Assembly (NCBI GenBank): GCA_030654175.1
Contig: JAURXZ010000030.1
Span: 588,502-652,501, forward strand
Reading direction: 5' to 3'
DNA: 64,000 nt
Origin: Bacteroidia bacterium
Lineage (GTDB): Bacteria; Bacteroidota; Bacteroidia; 2-12-FULL-35-15
Shown here: piece after piece, positions 18,970 to 29,317 of the stretch
How positions within the stretch are numbered: position 1 is the first letter of the stretch
Layout of the letters: each line of letters starts with the position of its first letter
The notes under the pieces: model-generated
What the model was told of the DNA's origin: nothing
The model's database searches: none
The model's input: only the letters and a program-made list of their open reading frames with translations
Translations under genes and position numbers: made by a program

Positions 18970-19217
18970 TAAAACAAACTCTTTTTACCGGTTGGAATTT
19001 TATGCGGTGGCTTCGGTTAGGATTGGGTGTATTTATTGCCATACAAGCAATACAAACTCATGACACACTCGCAGGCTTTATAGCAGCGTTCTTTTTATTT
19101 CAGGCGGTCACAAACACCGGCTGCTGCGGAAGTAATGGTTGCACAGTGCCCACTCCCAAAAACGATCCCGACAATATTGAAGATGTTAAGTTCGAAGAAA
19201 TAAAAACAAAAGTATAA
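18966..19217 (+). CDS. Small membrane protein (DUF2892/YgaP-C-terminal-like) with a CCGSNGC cysteine cluster
   Basis: RWLRLGLGVFIAIQ...FLFQAVTNTGCCGSNGC. Start overlaps the upstream stop (ATGA). Confidence 0.5.
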   Translation: MIKQTLFTGWNFMRWLRLGLGVFIAIQAIQTHDTLAGFIAAFFLFQAVTNTGCCGSNGCTVPTPKNDPDNIEDVKFEEIKTKV

Positions 19218-19242
19218 TTAGTAATAATTAAAAATTAAAAAA

Positions 19243-19551
19243 ATGGCAGCAACATTTTCTGAAATAATAAAAAGCGATACCCCTACTTTGGTTGATTTTT
19301 CTGCCGAATGGTGCGGTCCCTGCAAAATGATGAAACCAATTCTGGAACAATTAAAAACGCTCATTGGCAACAAAGCAATCATTTTAAAAATTGACGTGGA
19401 CAAAAATCCAAAAGTATCAAGTGCTTACCAAATTCAAGGAGTGCCAACACTCATCCTATTCAAGAATGGAGAAATAAAATGGAGGCAATCAGGAGTGGTT
19501 CAAGCGGAACAATTAAAAAACATCATTCAATCTTTTTCGAATGTTGCTTAA
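19243..19551 (+). CDS. trxA: Thioredoxin
   Basis: WCGPCK active site and thioredoxin fold (102 aa). Confidence 0.9.
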   Translation: MAATFSEIIKSDTPTLVDFSAEWCGPCKMMKPILEQLKTLIGNKAIILKIDVDKNPKVSSAYQIQGVPTLILFKNGEIKWRQSGVVQAEQLKNIIQSFSNVA

Positions 19552-19924
19552 GAATATTTTATATTCTACCCTTTGGAATAAATGTCCGCAATGTCATCAG
19601 ACAAATGTGTTCCTGACAAACAATGCCTATAATTTAAAAAAGTTCGACAAAATGCATACTTCATGTGCCTGTTGTGGAGTAACCTATGAAAAAGAACCCG
19701 GATTTTTTCAGGGGGCAATGTATGTAAGTTATGCCTTAATGGTTGGTTGGTTTGTTCTTACATGGGCTGCCGATTCTTTCCTTTTAAAATCTGAAACATG
19801 GCAATACTTAACTTTTGTGATCAGCACAATAATTCTATTTATGCCGCTAACCTTTCGTATTTCCCGTTTACTTTGGTTGAACTTTTTTATTAAGTATGAT
19901 AAAAACAAAACTACCTGCAAATAA
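19541..19924 (+). CDS. DUF983-like zinc-ribbon membrane protein
   Basis: CPQCHQ...CACCG zinc-ribbon followed by two TM segments. Overlaps the trx stop. Confidence 0.55.
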   Translation: MLLKNILYSTLWNKCPQCHQTNVFLTNNAYNLKKFDKMHTSCACCGVTYEKEPGFFQGAMYVSYALMVGWFVLTWAADSFLLKSETWQYLTFVISTIILFMPLTFRISRLLWLNFFIKYDKNKTTCK

Positions 19925-19948
19925 AAATCACTAAAACAATATAACGTT

Positions 19949-20665
19949 ATGAAATTTTTTTACTCTTTACTTATTGTATCAGCAGCTTTATTTAACAGTT
20001 GCTCCAATGGACAAACAGGCACTACCAAAACAGATCTATCTCCAACAGAATTTGCAGAAAAAATTAAAGAGCTACCATCTGCGCCCATAATAGATGCACG
20101 AACACCCGGAGAATTTGAAAAAGGACATTTGCCAAACGCAAAAAACATTGACTGGAATGGAAATGATTTTGACCAACAGATCGCAACTCTTGATAAATCG
20201 AAACCTGTTTTTGTTTATTGTTTAAGTGGTGGAAGAAGTTCTTCAGCAGCAAAAAAAATGCGTTCTGAAGGATTTAAAGAAGTGTATGAACTAAAGGGTG
20301 GAATAATGAAATGGAGAGCAGCCAACCTCCCTGAAAGCGCTGACAACACAAGTCCTTCAACGGGTCTAAACAAACAGCAATTTGAAGAACTATCCAAATC
20401 TCACAAGACTGTTCTGATAGATTTTTATGCAGACTGGTGTGGACCCTGCAAAAAAATGAAACCTTATTTGGATGAAATTTCAAACGACATGTCAGCAACA
20501 GTTAAAGTGGTCCGAATCAATGCAGATGAAAACCCCGAGCTATGCCAAGAATTAAACATTGATGCATTGCCGACTTTACAACTCTATAAAAATGGAATTC
20601 GTACCTGGGAAAACATGGGCTACATTGAAAAGGCAGAAGTAGTGAGCCAAATAAATAAACCCTAA
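19949..20665 (+). CDS. Lipoprotein with rhodanese and thioredoxin domains (rhodanese-thioredoxin fusion)
   Basis: Lipobox LFNSCSNG. Rhodanese CLSGGRSSSAA. Thioredoxin WCGPCKKM. Confidence 0.8.
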   Translation: MKFFYSLLIVSAALFNSCSNGQTGTTKTDLSPTEFAEKIKELPSAPIIDARTPGEFEKGHLPNAKNIDWNGNDFDQQIATLDKSKPVFVYCLSGGRSSSAAKKMRSEGFKEVYELKGGIMKWRAANLPESADNTSPSTGLNKQQFEELSKSHKTVLIDFYADWCGPCKKMKPYLDEISNDMSATVKVVRINADENPELCQELNIDALPTLQLYKNGIRTWENMGYIEKAEVVSQINKP

Positions 20666-20722
20666 AACAAACTAATACCAGGTAAACCGGAATGCTATTT
20701 TTCTAATCGCGCTTGATATTAC

Positions 20723-22021
20723 TTAATTGCGTGACAATAAAAAATCTTTCAATTCTTTAAATTCGGGCTTTATAATAGTGCTTTCTTTTTTTAACTTAAA
20801 AAGATGTTGTACCGAAGCCGGTATCGCTATTGTATCTATAATAATATTTTGTACTACATCATCAAACTTAACCGGATGTGCTGTTTCAAGAATAAGACCT
20901 TTTTGATTGGGGTGTTGTCCTAAATAATCCTGAAGTCCTTTATAAGCAACAGCTCCATGAGGCTCTAAAAGATAACTATATTTTTTATATACTTCCAAAA
21001 TCGTTTCTGCACTTGCTGTATCGCTTACACAACAATTGCTTATCATCTCTTTTACATGTTTATGATTGTGAGCAAACAATTCCAATAACCGAACAAAATT
21101 ACTTGGATTACCAACATCCATTGCATTAGAAATAGTGGCAACCGCAGTTTTCGGAATAAACGTTTTATTGATAATATAATTAGAAAACACATCATTACTA
21201 TTGCAGGCGGCAATAAAATGTTTGATCGGTGCCCCGGAAAAATAAGCAAGTAAGCCCGCGCAAATATTTCCGAAATTACCACTGGGAACGCTTATCACAG
21301 GAGGTGATTCGTGTTGCCACTGCTGTAATGCATAAAAATAATAAAACTGTTGGGGCAGCCAACGTGCAACATTTATAGAATTGGCAGAAGTAAGAGAAAG
21401 ATGTTTGTTCAACGATTCATCCGAAAAGGCTTGTTTTACCATACTTTGGCAATCATCAAACGTCCCCTGAACCTCAAGTGCAGTAATATTTTTCCCGAGC
21501 GTTGTTAATTGCAATTCCTGTATCTTACTTACTTTTCCCGATGGATAAAGAATTACAACATCTACCCCTTTTACATCTAAAAAACCATTTGCGACTGCAC
21601 TCCCCGTATCTCCGGAAGTAGCCACCAATACGGTTATTTTTTTATCATTTCCTTCAGAAAAATGACTCAAACAACGACTCATAAATCGTGCGCCAACATC
21701 CTTAAACGCTAATGTAGGCCCATGAAAAAGCTCAAGTGAATAAATACTTTCTGTAATTTTTTTTAATGGGAAATCAAAATTTACGGTCTCTTCGCAGATC
21801 GTATATAGATCCTCTTCGGGTATTGTATTTCCGATATAAGGCCTGATCACTTCGAAAGCAATTTCTCCTTTTGTTTTAGAATTCAATCTTTTAAAAAAAT
21901 CTGCAGAAAGCACAGGTATCTGTTCCGGAAAGTATAATCCTTTATCAGGTGCCTGCCCTGTTATTGCTGCTTCTTTAAAAGTTACAGGAGGTGATTGTTT
22001 ATTGATGCTGTAAAATAACAT
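20723..22021 (-). CDS. thrC: Threonine synthase
   Basis: PLP-lysine motif FHGPTLAFKDVG; PLP fold II throughout. The track start at 22096 is a GTG; the ATG at 22021 (MLFYSINKQSPPVTFKEA...) fits the family N-terminus. Confidence 0.85.
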   Translation of the reverse strand: MLFYSINKQSPPVTFKEAAITGQAPDKGLYFPEQIPVLSADFFKRLNSKTKGEIAFEVIRPYIGNTIPEEDLYTICEETVNFDFPLKKITESIYSLELFHGPTLAFKDVGARFMSRCLSHFSEGNDKKITVLVATSGDTGSAVANGFLDVKGVDVVILYPSGKVSKIQELQLTTLGKNITALEVQGTFDDCQSMVKQAFSDESLNKHLSLTSANSINVARWLPQQFYYFYALQQWQHESPPVISVPSGNFGNICAGLLAYFSGAPIKHFIAACNSNDVFSNYIINKTFIPKTAVATISNAMDVGNPSNFVRLLELFAHNHKHVKEMISNCCVSDTASAETILEVYKKYSYLLEPHGAVAYKGLQDYLGQHPNQKGLILETAHPVKFDDVVQNIIIDTIAIPASVQHLFKLKKESTIIKPEFKELKDFLLSRN

Positions 22022-22314
22022 GAATTGATTGTTTTGTTTTATCAACGAAAGCCAAAATTTCTGATACAAGTTTACATATTTTTTTATTGGAACCACATAT
22101 TAAGTGTATCGAAGAATTAAAAAAAACTACGTTGAAATTTTCAATAACAGAAACACTTTTTTGAAAAACTTTTTTCTTCTTCCCACCGGGGACAATGATA
22201 AAAGACAATGCTTTCTGTGACTAAAATCATCTGCTAATTTCCTTTCTCTGCTTTTCTTTGTGTGTTGAAAGCATGCAGGACAAAGCACCTGTTACACGAT
22301 GAATATATTGAACC

Positions 22315-23160
22315 ATGAAAATACTTTCGCCAACGGATTTTTCAAAATTATCTAACATTGCAGTTCGGTATGCCGGTAAATTAGCAAAGAAACTGAATGC
22401 GGAGCTTATTCTCCTTCATGTGGTATATATTGATGCCCCGCCACGTGCACAAGCAACATTAAAAACACGCCAGATCCTCGATGCGATGGCTGATAACGCT
22501 AAACAGGATTTCACTCAGCTTATTAATGAGATCAAAAGCGAAGCCGGAAATAAAATAAATGTAAGTCATCATATTGCATTAGGTTACCCTGTAGAAGATG
22601 TTATAAAAACATTTGCACAGCATAACACTATAGACCTGATCATTATGGGAATGAAAGGCTCAAGCGGATTAAAAAAAATGTTAATAGGAAGTACTGCGGT
22701 AGCCGTTATGGGTAGTAGCCGCATTCCTGTTATCACTATTCCTGAACATGCGCGGTTTAACGCAATTAAAAGCATTGTATACCCTTCGGATATGCATGCA
22801 ATATCCCTTGAGGTTAAAAACCTTATTCAATTTGCGAAATTATTTAACGCCTCAATCCATATATTACATGTTGTTTCAACGGATTCAAAAAAGAAAATTG
22901 ACCGGTTAAAGATCAAAAACAAGCTGATAAGTAAATACAACTATCCTCGCATATCTTTCCATATTTCTGTGAATGACCAAGTAACAGAGGCAATAGATGA
23001 ATACGCTGCAGATACAAAAGCTGATCTGCTGGCTATGTTCACACACAAACCAACCTTCTTTGAAAAGCTATTCGGCCAAAGTATAACACGGGAAATGGCT
23101 TTTCATGGTTGGATCCCCTTGCTTGCAATAAAAAAAAACAAAACCATCCAAACAGAATAA
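22315..23160 (+). CDS. Universal stress protein, tandem Usp domains
   Basis: MKILSPTDFSKLSNIAVRYAGKLAKKLNAELILLHV. Second Usp domain (LIQFAKLFNASIHILHV...). Confidence 0.8.
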   Translation: MKILSPTDFSKLSNIAVRYAGKLAKKLNAELILLHVVYIDAPPRAQATLKTRQILDAMADNAKQDFTQLINEIKSEAGNKINVSHHIALGYPVEDVIKTFAQHNTIDLIIMGMKGSSGLKKMLIGSTAVAVMGSSRIPVITIPEHARFNAIKSIVYPSDMHAISLEVKNLIQFAKLFNASIHILHVVSTDSKKKIDRLKIKNKLISKYNYPRISFHISVNDQVTEAIDEYAADTKADLLAMFTHKPTFFEKLFGQSITREMAFHGWIPLLAIKKNKTIQTE

Positions 23161-23164
23161 AGTT

Positions 23165-24271
23165 ATGAAAGGCTCAATTAAAATAGGAAAAGTAGCGGGT
23201 ATCGGTATATATATACACTGGACCTTTACCTTACTAATCGCATTCATCATTTTCAGTAATTACCGTGCAGGACAGAATTTCGAACAAATATTATGGTCCA
23301 TAATTTTTGTATTGAGCATATTTGTTACCGTTCTATTACATGAACTCGGTCATGCGCTAGCAGCAAAAAGATATCATATTAATACCAAAGACATCACACT
23401 ATTGCCTATTGGTGGCCTCGCACGATTGGAATCCTTACCGGAAAAACCCAAAGAAGAATTAGTGGTGGCCATTGCCGGACCTGCAGTTAATTTAGTTTTA
23501 GCCCTTATTACCGCACTATTTATCACAATACCCGAAGCAGAAGATTTAACCATTCAATTATCAAGCGGAATTAACAGTGGCAATTTTTTTCTTAATTTTT
23601 TTATTGTAAATGTCTGGCTGGCCCTTTTCAACTTAATCCCGGCCTTCCCTATGGATGGCGGACGAATGCTTAGGGCTCTACTCGCCATGAAATTTGAAAG
23701 ATATATAGCCACAAATATCGCTGCACGAATAGGACAAATATTTGCAATAGTTTTCGTTTTCCTTGGAGTTTTTATTAATCCATTCTTGGTTTTTATCGGG
23801 CTGTTTGTTTTCTTAGCAGCAAAGGCTGAATCAGAATATACACAGACAAAATCATTGCTTCATGGGTACAAGGTCAAAGATGTAATGATGAAGCAATATA
23901 ATTCCATTGATGCCGGTCAGCCGATCAAAACAGCCGTAAAAGCACTTCTCGATGGTCAATCTAAAAATTTCCTGGTAACCGAAAACTCCCATTCGGTAGG
24001 CACTTTAAGCCGGGATGAAATAATAAGGGCACTTGCTGAACAAGGAGAAAATGAGCTAATCTATAAAGTGATGAACAAGGACCTGATTATATTAGATGCT
24101 GATGCGCCCCTTGAAAACGCTTATCAGCAGGTGCAGGAAAACAAATCAACTTTAATGCCTGTAGTTGAAAACAACAGACTGATAGGAGCAATAGACACAG
24201 AAAACATTTTAGAATTTATTATGGCGAATGACGCTCAGGCGAAAAGCGCATATAACGGACAAAAATTTTAA
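23165..24271 (+). CDS. Site-2 protease family (M50) zinc metalloprotease with a C-terminal CBS pair
   Basis: HELGHALAAKRY (HExxH) within a TM helix. CBS-like C-terminal region. Confidence 0.8.
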   Translation: MKGSIKIGKVAGIGIYIHWTFTLLIAFIIFSNYRAGQNFEQILWSIIFVLSIFVTVLLHELGHALAAKRYHINTKDITLLPIGGLARLESLPEKPKEELVVAIAGPAVNLVLALITALFITIPEAEDLTIQLSSGINSGNFFLNFFIVNVWLALFNLIPAFPMDGGRMLRALLAMKFERYIATNIAARIGQIFAIVFVFLGVFINPFLVFIGLFVFLAAKAESEYTQTKSLLHGYKVKDVMMKQYNSIDAGQPIKTAVKALLDGQSKNFLVTENSHSVGTLSRDEIIRALAEQGENELIYKVMNKDLIILDADAPLENAYQQVQENKSTLMPVVENNRLIGAIDTENILEFIMANDAQAKSAYNGQKF

Positions 24272-24310
24272 AATCAATTTTGTCACATTAATTTTTCAGA
24301 TTTCCTCTTC

Positions 24311-25318
24311 ATGAATAACCTGTATTCAGACCTTTTTGGATTTATACTCTGCGCGTCTGTAATTATTATAAGTGGTTCACGTTTATCAAAATATGGTGAT
24401 CTGCTAGCCGATATGATGGGATGGGGGAAAATGTTTGTGGGGCTTATTCTTATGGCTACAATAACATCAATGCCAGAGTTAATGACAGGAATAAGTTCTA
24501 TTGTTATTGTGGATGCACCAAACCTTGCTGTTGGCGATATTGTGGGAAGCTGTGCTTTCAATATTCTGATTATCTCCGTAATGGACCTGTTTTACGATTC
24601 CAAAAAGCCGCTAACATCTGTTGCACAAACAGGACACGTTATCGCTGCATCTTTCGGGATTATGATGCTAACCCTGGTTGCATTCGCGATTTTAATGCCC
24701 GGCATTTTTGGCAAAATAGCATGGATAGGTGGATTCAGCATATTTTTTCTTATACTCTATTTTATTGCAATGCGCACGCTGTTTCTATACGTAAAAAAAC
24801 AACCGGTTGCTAAAGAGAAGGAACGATCCTATTCTTTAACGTTAAAACAAGTTGTTTTCAAATATGCTGTGAATGCCACTTTTGTAATAATAGCCGCTTT
24901 GGGGCTCCCTTACTTCGGAAAACATCTTGCCGCAGCGAGCGGACTAGGGCAGAGTTTCTTCGGCACATTATTCATAGCCGCCTCTACATCACTTCCTGAA
25001 CTTGTTGTTTCTGTTGCAGCTATTCGTATGGGAACGATTGACCTTGCCATAGGAAATATTTTCGGCAGTAATCTTTTTAATATTTGTATTTTTACGATTG
25101 ACGATATTTTATACACAAAAGGACCTATCTTCCTGTATACAAATCCGAATCACATAATCCCTGTACTAAGCACAATTATCATCACTGCAATAGGTATTTC
25201 CGGTATCGTTTTCAGGTCTGAAAAAAAATGGAAACTGGCGTTGGATACAGGAGCAATTGTACTTGTATATATATTAATGATGGTGGTGTTGTATTATAAA
25301 AATAAAACTGTTACGTAA
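24311..25318 (+). CDS. Na+/Ca2+ exchanger (CaCA family) membrane protein
   Basis: Alpha-repeat motifs GDIVGSCAFNILII and GNIFGSNLFNI. Ten TM segments. The stop overlaps the start of the next gene (TAATGA). Confidence 0.8.
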   Translation: MNNLYSDLFGFILCASVIIISGSRLSKYGDLLADMMGWGKMFVGLILMATITSMPELMTGISSIVIVDAPNLAVGDIVGSCAFNILIISVMDLFYDSKKPLTSVAQTGHVIAASFGIMMLTLVAFAILMPGIFGKIAWIGGFSIFFLILYFIAMRTLFLYVKKQPVAKEKERSYSLTLKQVVFKYAVNATFVIIAALGLPYFGKHLAAASGLGQSFFGTLFIAASTSLPELVVSVAAIRMGTIDLAIGNIFGSNLFNICIFTIDDILYTKGPIFLYTNPNHIIPVLSTIIITAIGISGIVFRSEKKWKLALDTGAIVLVYILMMVVLYYKNKTVT

Positions 25319-27933
25319 TGAACTGGCATCTTCTTCCCCTTTCTGAAATCAGCAAAAAACTAAAAACAAGCCCATCTGGCATTGATAGCACAACCGCTAC
25401 ACAACGTCTCAGCGAATACGGTGAAAATAAAATTGCAGAAAAAAAGAAGAAAACTCTTTTGCAGAAGTTGCTAAATCAGTTTACTGATTTTATGATTCTC
25501 ATTCTTATTGCAGCTGCTATTATTTCAGGCGTTTTAGGAGATATGACCGATGCAATAATTATTCTTGCCATTGTAATTATTAATGCAGCTGTTGGATTTA
25601 TACAAGAGTACCGTGCGGAAAAAGCGATGGAAGCATTAAAGAAAATGGCTGCAAGTCATGCCCGTATTTTGCGTGATGGAAAAAATATTGAAATCCCTGC
25701 CATTGATTTAGTTCCCGGAGATGTTGTTCGGCTTGAAGCCGGTGATATTATTCCTGCCGACATACGTTTTTTTGAAACTCATAAATTTAAAATTGACGAA
25801 TCGGCACTTACCGGAGAATCACACAATGTAGAAAAAAATCCGGATGAACTTCCGGAAGGAAAATATGCTTTGGGCGACAGAATAAATATGGGATTCAAAG
25901 GGACATTTATTACAAATGGACGCGCCCTTGCCTACGTGGTTGAAACGGGCATGAACACAGAGCTTGGCCACATTGCTAAATTAATTCAAACCGAGGAAAC
26001 TTCCACTCCACTTCAAAAAAGATTGGCTGCTTTTGGTAAAAGATTATCAGTTGTTATACTTATAATTTGCACAGTAATATTTCTTATCGGCTGGTTGAGG
26101 GGTGAAGCTGTTTTAACGATGCTGCTTACTTCCATATCACTTGCTGTTGCTGCCATCCCGGAAGCATTGCCTGCATTGGTAACCATAGCCCTTGCATTTG
26201 GCGCCAAGCGGTTAGTAAAAAGCAACGCGCTCATCCGCAAACTACCTGCCGTTGAAACGCTGGGCTCGGTTACATATATCTGCACAGATAAAACAGGTAC
26301 GCTCACTCTTAATAAGATGACCGTGCAGGAGATCTATGAAACGGGTGATAAAAAGTCGGATTCGGCATTTTCAGAAAGCAATGCTTTGTTAAATGCAATG
26401 GCTTTGAACAACGACCTTTCAAAAGATAAAAATGGTGAATGGCTGGGTGATTCTACAGAAGTGGCTCTGGTTCAATACGCTGCCGGCAAACATTTTGAAA
26501 AAACTGAATTAGAAAAAAAATTTCCAAGGGTTGCTGAATTACCTTTTGATTCCACCCGAAAATGTATGACCACTTTTCATAAAACGGAAAAAGAAATTAT
26601 CGTTATTACAAAAGGTGCGGTGGATGTATTATTTGAGAAACTAACTGATGATCAGAAGGCGCTTATCCCTGAATTGGAAAGCAAAGCAAACGAGATGGCG
26701 ACCAAGGGGTATCGTGTATTGGGATATGCAATGAAAACTATCTCCGCTTTGCCTGAAGAATTGCATACTGATGAAATAGAATCATCATTAACTTTTATTG
26801 GTTTTGCGGGAATGATAGACCCTCCGAGAGAAGAAGCCAAACAAGCAGTAGAAGAATGCAAGCAGGCCGGAATTATTTCAGTAATGATCACAGGAGATCA
26901 CAAACTCACTGCGATGGCAATTGCCAAACAATTAGGGATCATCAGCTCAGAAGAAGATTTGACTTTAACCGGGGCTGAACTTGCGGAACTACCAGAAAAG
27001 GATTTTGAAAAAATTGTCGAAAAAATTCGGGTATATGCAAGGGTAAGTCCTGAGCAGAAATTAAAAATTGTTTGCGCTTTACAAAACAAAAATCAATTTG
27101 TTGCCATGACCGGTGATGGCGTGAATGATGCGCCTGCACTTAAAAATGCCGACATTGGAATTGCGATGGGAATAAATGGAACTGAAGTATCTAAAGAAGC
27201 CTCCCACATGATTTTACTTGATGATAATTTTGCAACTATCGTAATTGCAGTAAAACACGGACGAAGAATATTTGATAATATACTGAAATTCATTAAATAC
27301 ATAATGACTGGAAACTCAGGAGAGATATGGGCAATTTTTTTAGCGCCTTTTTTCGGTTTACCAATACCCTTGTTAGCCATACATATACTTTGGATCAACC
27401 TGGTGACGGATGGGTTGCCCGGACTAGCACTTGCGTCAGAACCCTCAGAGGCAAATATTATGAAACGTCCACCAAGAAATCCCAAGCAAAATATTTTTGC
27501 CGGAGGCATGGCCATCCACATTTTATGGGTAGGTTTTTTAATGGGTATAGTAACACTTGGAATGCAGGCATGGGCAATACAAGATGGAAATTCGCATTGG
27601 CAAACAATGGCTTTTACAGTGCTGTGCTTTAGCCAAATGGGGCATGTGATGGCGGTTCGTTCTGAACGTGAATCTATTTTTAAAATCGGGGTGTTTTCGA
27701 ATAAGCCAATGTTGGGTGCACTGCTATTAACAGTCTCACTTCAGTTGATGATCATTTACACGCCCTTCTTTAATAATATTTTCAAAACTGCACCACTTAC
27801 AATCTATGAATTAGGCATAACCATACTGTTATCAAGCATTGTGTTTTGGGCTGTTGAAATGGAAAAAATGTTAAAAAAAAGAATATTTAATAAAAAGGAA
27901 AAAGAAAACAATCATAAAAATCAAAACAGCTGA
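25318..27933 (+). CDS. P-type ATPase, type IIA/IIB (calcium-transporting)
   Basis: CTDKTGTLT phosphorylation motif, TGDGVNDAPAL hinge, TGES actuator. 871 aa. Confidence 0.9.
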   Translation: MNWHLLPLSEISKKLKTSPSGIDSTTATQRLSEYGENKIAEKKKKTLLQKLLNQFTDFMILILIAAAIISGVLGDMTDAIIILAIVIINAAVGFIQEYRAEKAMEALKKMAASHARILRDGKNIEIPAIDLVPGDVVRLEAGDIIPADIRFFETHKFKIDESALTGESHNVEKNPDELPEGKYALGDRINMGFKGTFITNGRALAYVVETGMNTELGHIAKLIQTEETSTPLQKRLAAFGKRLSVVILIICTVIFLIGWLRGEAVLTMLLTSISLAVAAIPEALPALVTIALAFGAKRLVKSNALIRKLPAVETLGSVTYICTDKTGTLTLNKMTVQEIYETGDKKSDSAFSESNALLNAMALNNDLSKDKNGEWLGDSTEVALVQYAAGKHFEKTELEKKFPRVAELPFDSTRKCMTTFHKTEKEIIVITKGAVDVLFEKLTDDQKALIPELESKANEMATKGYRVLGYAMKTISALPEELHTDEIESSLTFIGFAGMIDPPREEAKQAVEECKQAGIISVMITGDHKLTAMAIAKQLGIISSEEDLTLTGAELAELPEKDFEKIVEKIRVYARVSPEQKLKIVCALQNKNQFVAMTGDGVNDAPALKNADIGIAMGINGTEVSKEASHMILLDDNFATIVIAVKHGRRIFDNILKFIKYIMTGNSGEIWAIFLAPFFGLPIPLLAIHILWINLVTDGLPGLALASEPSEANIMKRPPRNPKQNIFAGGMAIHILWVGFLMGIVTLGMQAWAIQDGNSHWQTMAFTVLCFSQMGHVMAVRSERESIFKIGVFSNKPMLGALLLTVSLQLMIIYTPFFNNIFKTAPLTIYELGITILLSSIVFWAVEMEKMLKKRIFNKKEKENNHKNQNS

Positions 27934-28103
27934 TTTGGGCTTCACGCATCCTTAATTTAAATTTTGAAATTCAAAATATAAAATTTTATCTTTACCATTA
28001 ATAAACAATGTGAGTGTGATTGCAGATAGGGAGGTGAAACAGCCCACTTCCTCTAAAAAGGCAGGATATCCTCACAACTGTTGACCCAAAACAGAACTAC
28101 TCA

Positions 28104-29267
28104 ATGATCATTACAGGAAAGACCAAAATACTAACCATCATAGGTGCTCGTCCTCAAATTATTAAAGCTGCAGCCCTGAGCCGTGCTATTAAGAATAATT
28201 TTCAAAAGGAGATCCTTGAAGTGATCGTTCATACAGGACAGCATTATGATGAAAACATGTCGAAGGTGTTTTTTGATGAATTACAAATCCCTCACCCTGA
28301 TTATAACCTGAATGTAGGATCGGGAGAGCATGGAAAACAGACAGCTTCAATGATCGTAGGGATTGAAGAGATCCTGCTGAAAGAAAAACCAAACTGTATT
28401 GTATTATATGGTGACACCAATTCAACATTAGCAGGTGCTATAGCGGCATCAAAAATTCTTGTTCCAATAATTCATATCGAGGCTGGTTTGCGGTCTTTTA
28501 ATAAATCAATGCCTGAAGAAATTAACCGTATCATGTGCGATCATGTTTCTACCCTTTTATTCTCACCAACAAGAACAGGATACAATAATTTATTGAAAGA
28601 AGGTTTCATTGAAAATAATCCCCCCCCTTATACGTTCAACAACCCCAAGGTGTACCACTCAGGTGATGTGATGTATGACAACAGTCTTTATTTTTCAACA
28701 CTTGCAGAGCAAAAAACAACGATATTAAATGATAATAATTTACAGGAAAGCAAATTTATTTTAGCCACCATTCATCGCAATAACAATACGGATGAGCCGG
28801 AGAGATTGAATGCTATTTTTAATGTATTGAATAAGATCGCGACAGAACATAAAACAAAAATTGTACTGCCAATCCATCCACGCACATCAAAATTGCTTCA
28901 TAAAAATCTTTCGGGTGAATTGTACAAGACTATTAAAACAAATGAATACATAAAAATAATTCCACCTGTTTCGTTTTTGGAAATGATCGCATTAGAAAAA
29001 AATGCAACCATGATCATTACTGATTCCGGAGGCGTACAAAAGGAGGCCTACTTTTTCAAGAAACCCTGTATTATCCTGCGTTCAGAAACAGAATGGATAG
29101 AACTAGTAAATTGTGGTGCAGCTCGGATCGGTGATGCAGATGAAACAAAAATTCTGGAAGCTTTCAATTATTTTTTAACTGCAGAGGATCTAAAATTTAA
29201 TGATTTGTTTGGCGATGGGAAAGCTGCAGAATTTATTTGCGGGGAGATTTTGAAATACATTAATTAG
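28104..29267 (+). CDS. wecB: UDP-N-acetylglucosamine 2-epimerase (non-hydrolysing)
   Basis: ILTIIGARPQIIKAAALSRAI...HTGQHYD and an epimerase fold throughout. Confidence 0.9.
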   Translation: MIITGKTKILTIIGARPQIIKAAALSRAIKNNFQKEILEVIVHTGQHYDENMSKVFFDELQIPHPDYNLNVGSGEHGKQTASMIVGIEEILLKEKPNCIVLYGDTNSTLAGAIAASKILVPIIHIEAGLRSFNKSMPEEINRIMCDHVSTLLFSPTRTGYNNLLKEGFIENNPPPYTFNNPKVYHSGDVMYDNSLYFSTLAEQKTTILNDNNLQESKFILATIHRNNNTDEPERLNAIFNVLNKIATEHKTKIVLPIHPRTSKLLHKNLSGELYKTIKTNEYIKIIPPVSFLEMIALEKNATMIITDSGGVQKEAYFFKKPCIILRSETEWIELVNCGAARIGDADETKILEAFNYFLTAEDLKFNDLFGDGKAAEFICGEILKYIN

Positions 29268-29317
29268 AACAAGTATAACATTTTAATTCCTTCCTTAGGG
29301 GGAGGTCAGGAGGAACT

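Noticed and set aside
24421-24813. Cys/Arg-rich 130-aa ORF overlapping the CaCA exchanger gene
   Set aside because: It is an alternative frame of a strongly supported membrane-protein gene, and its composition looks non-protein-like.
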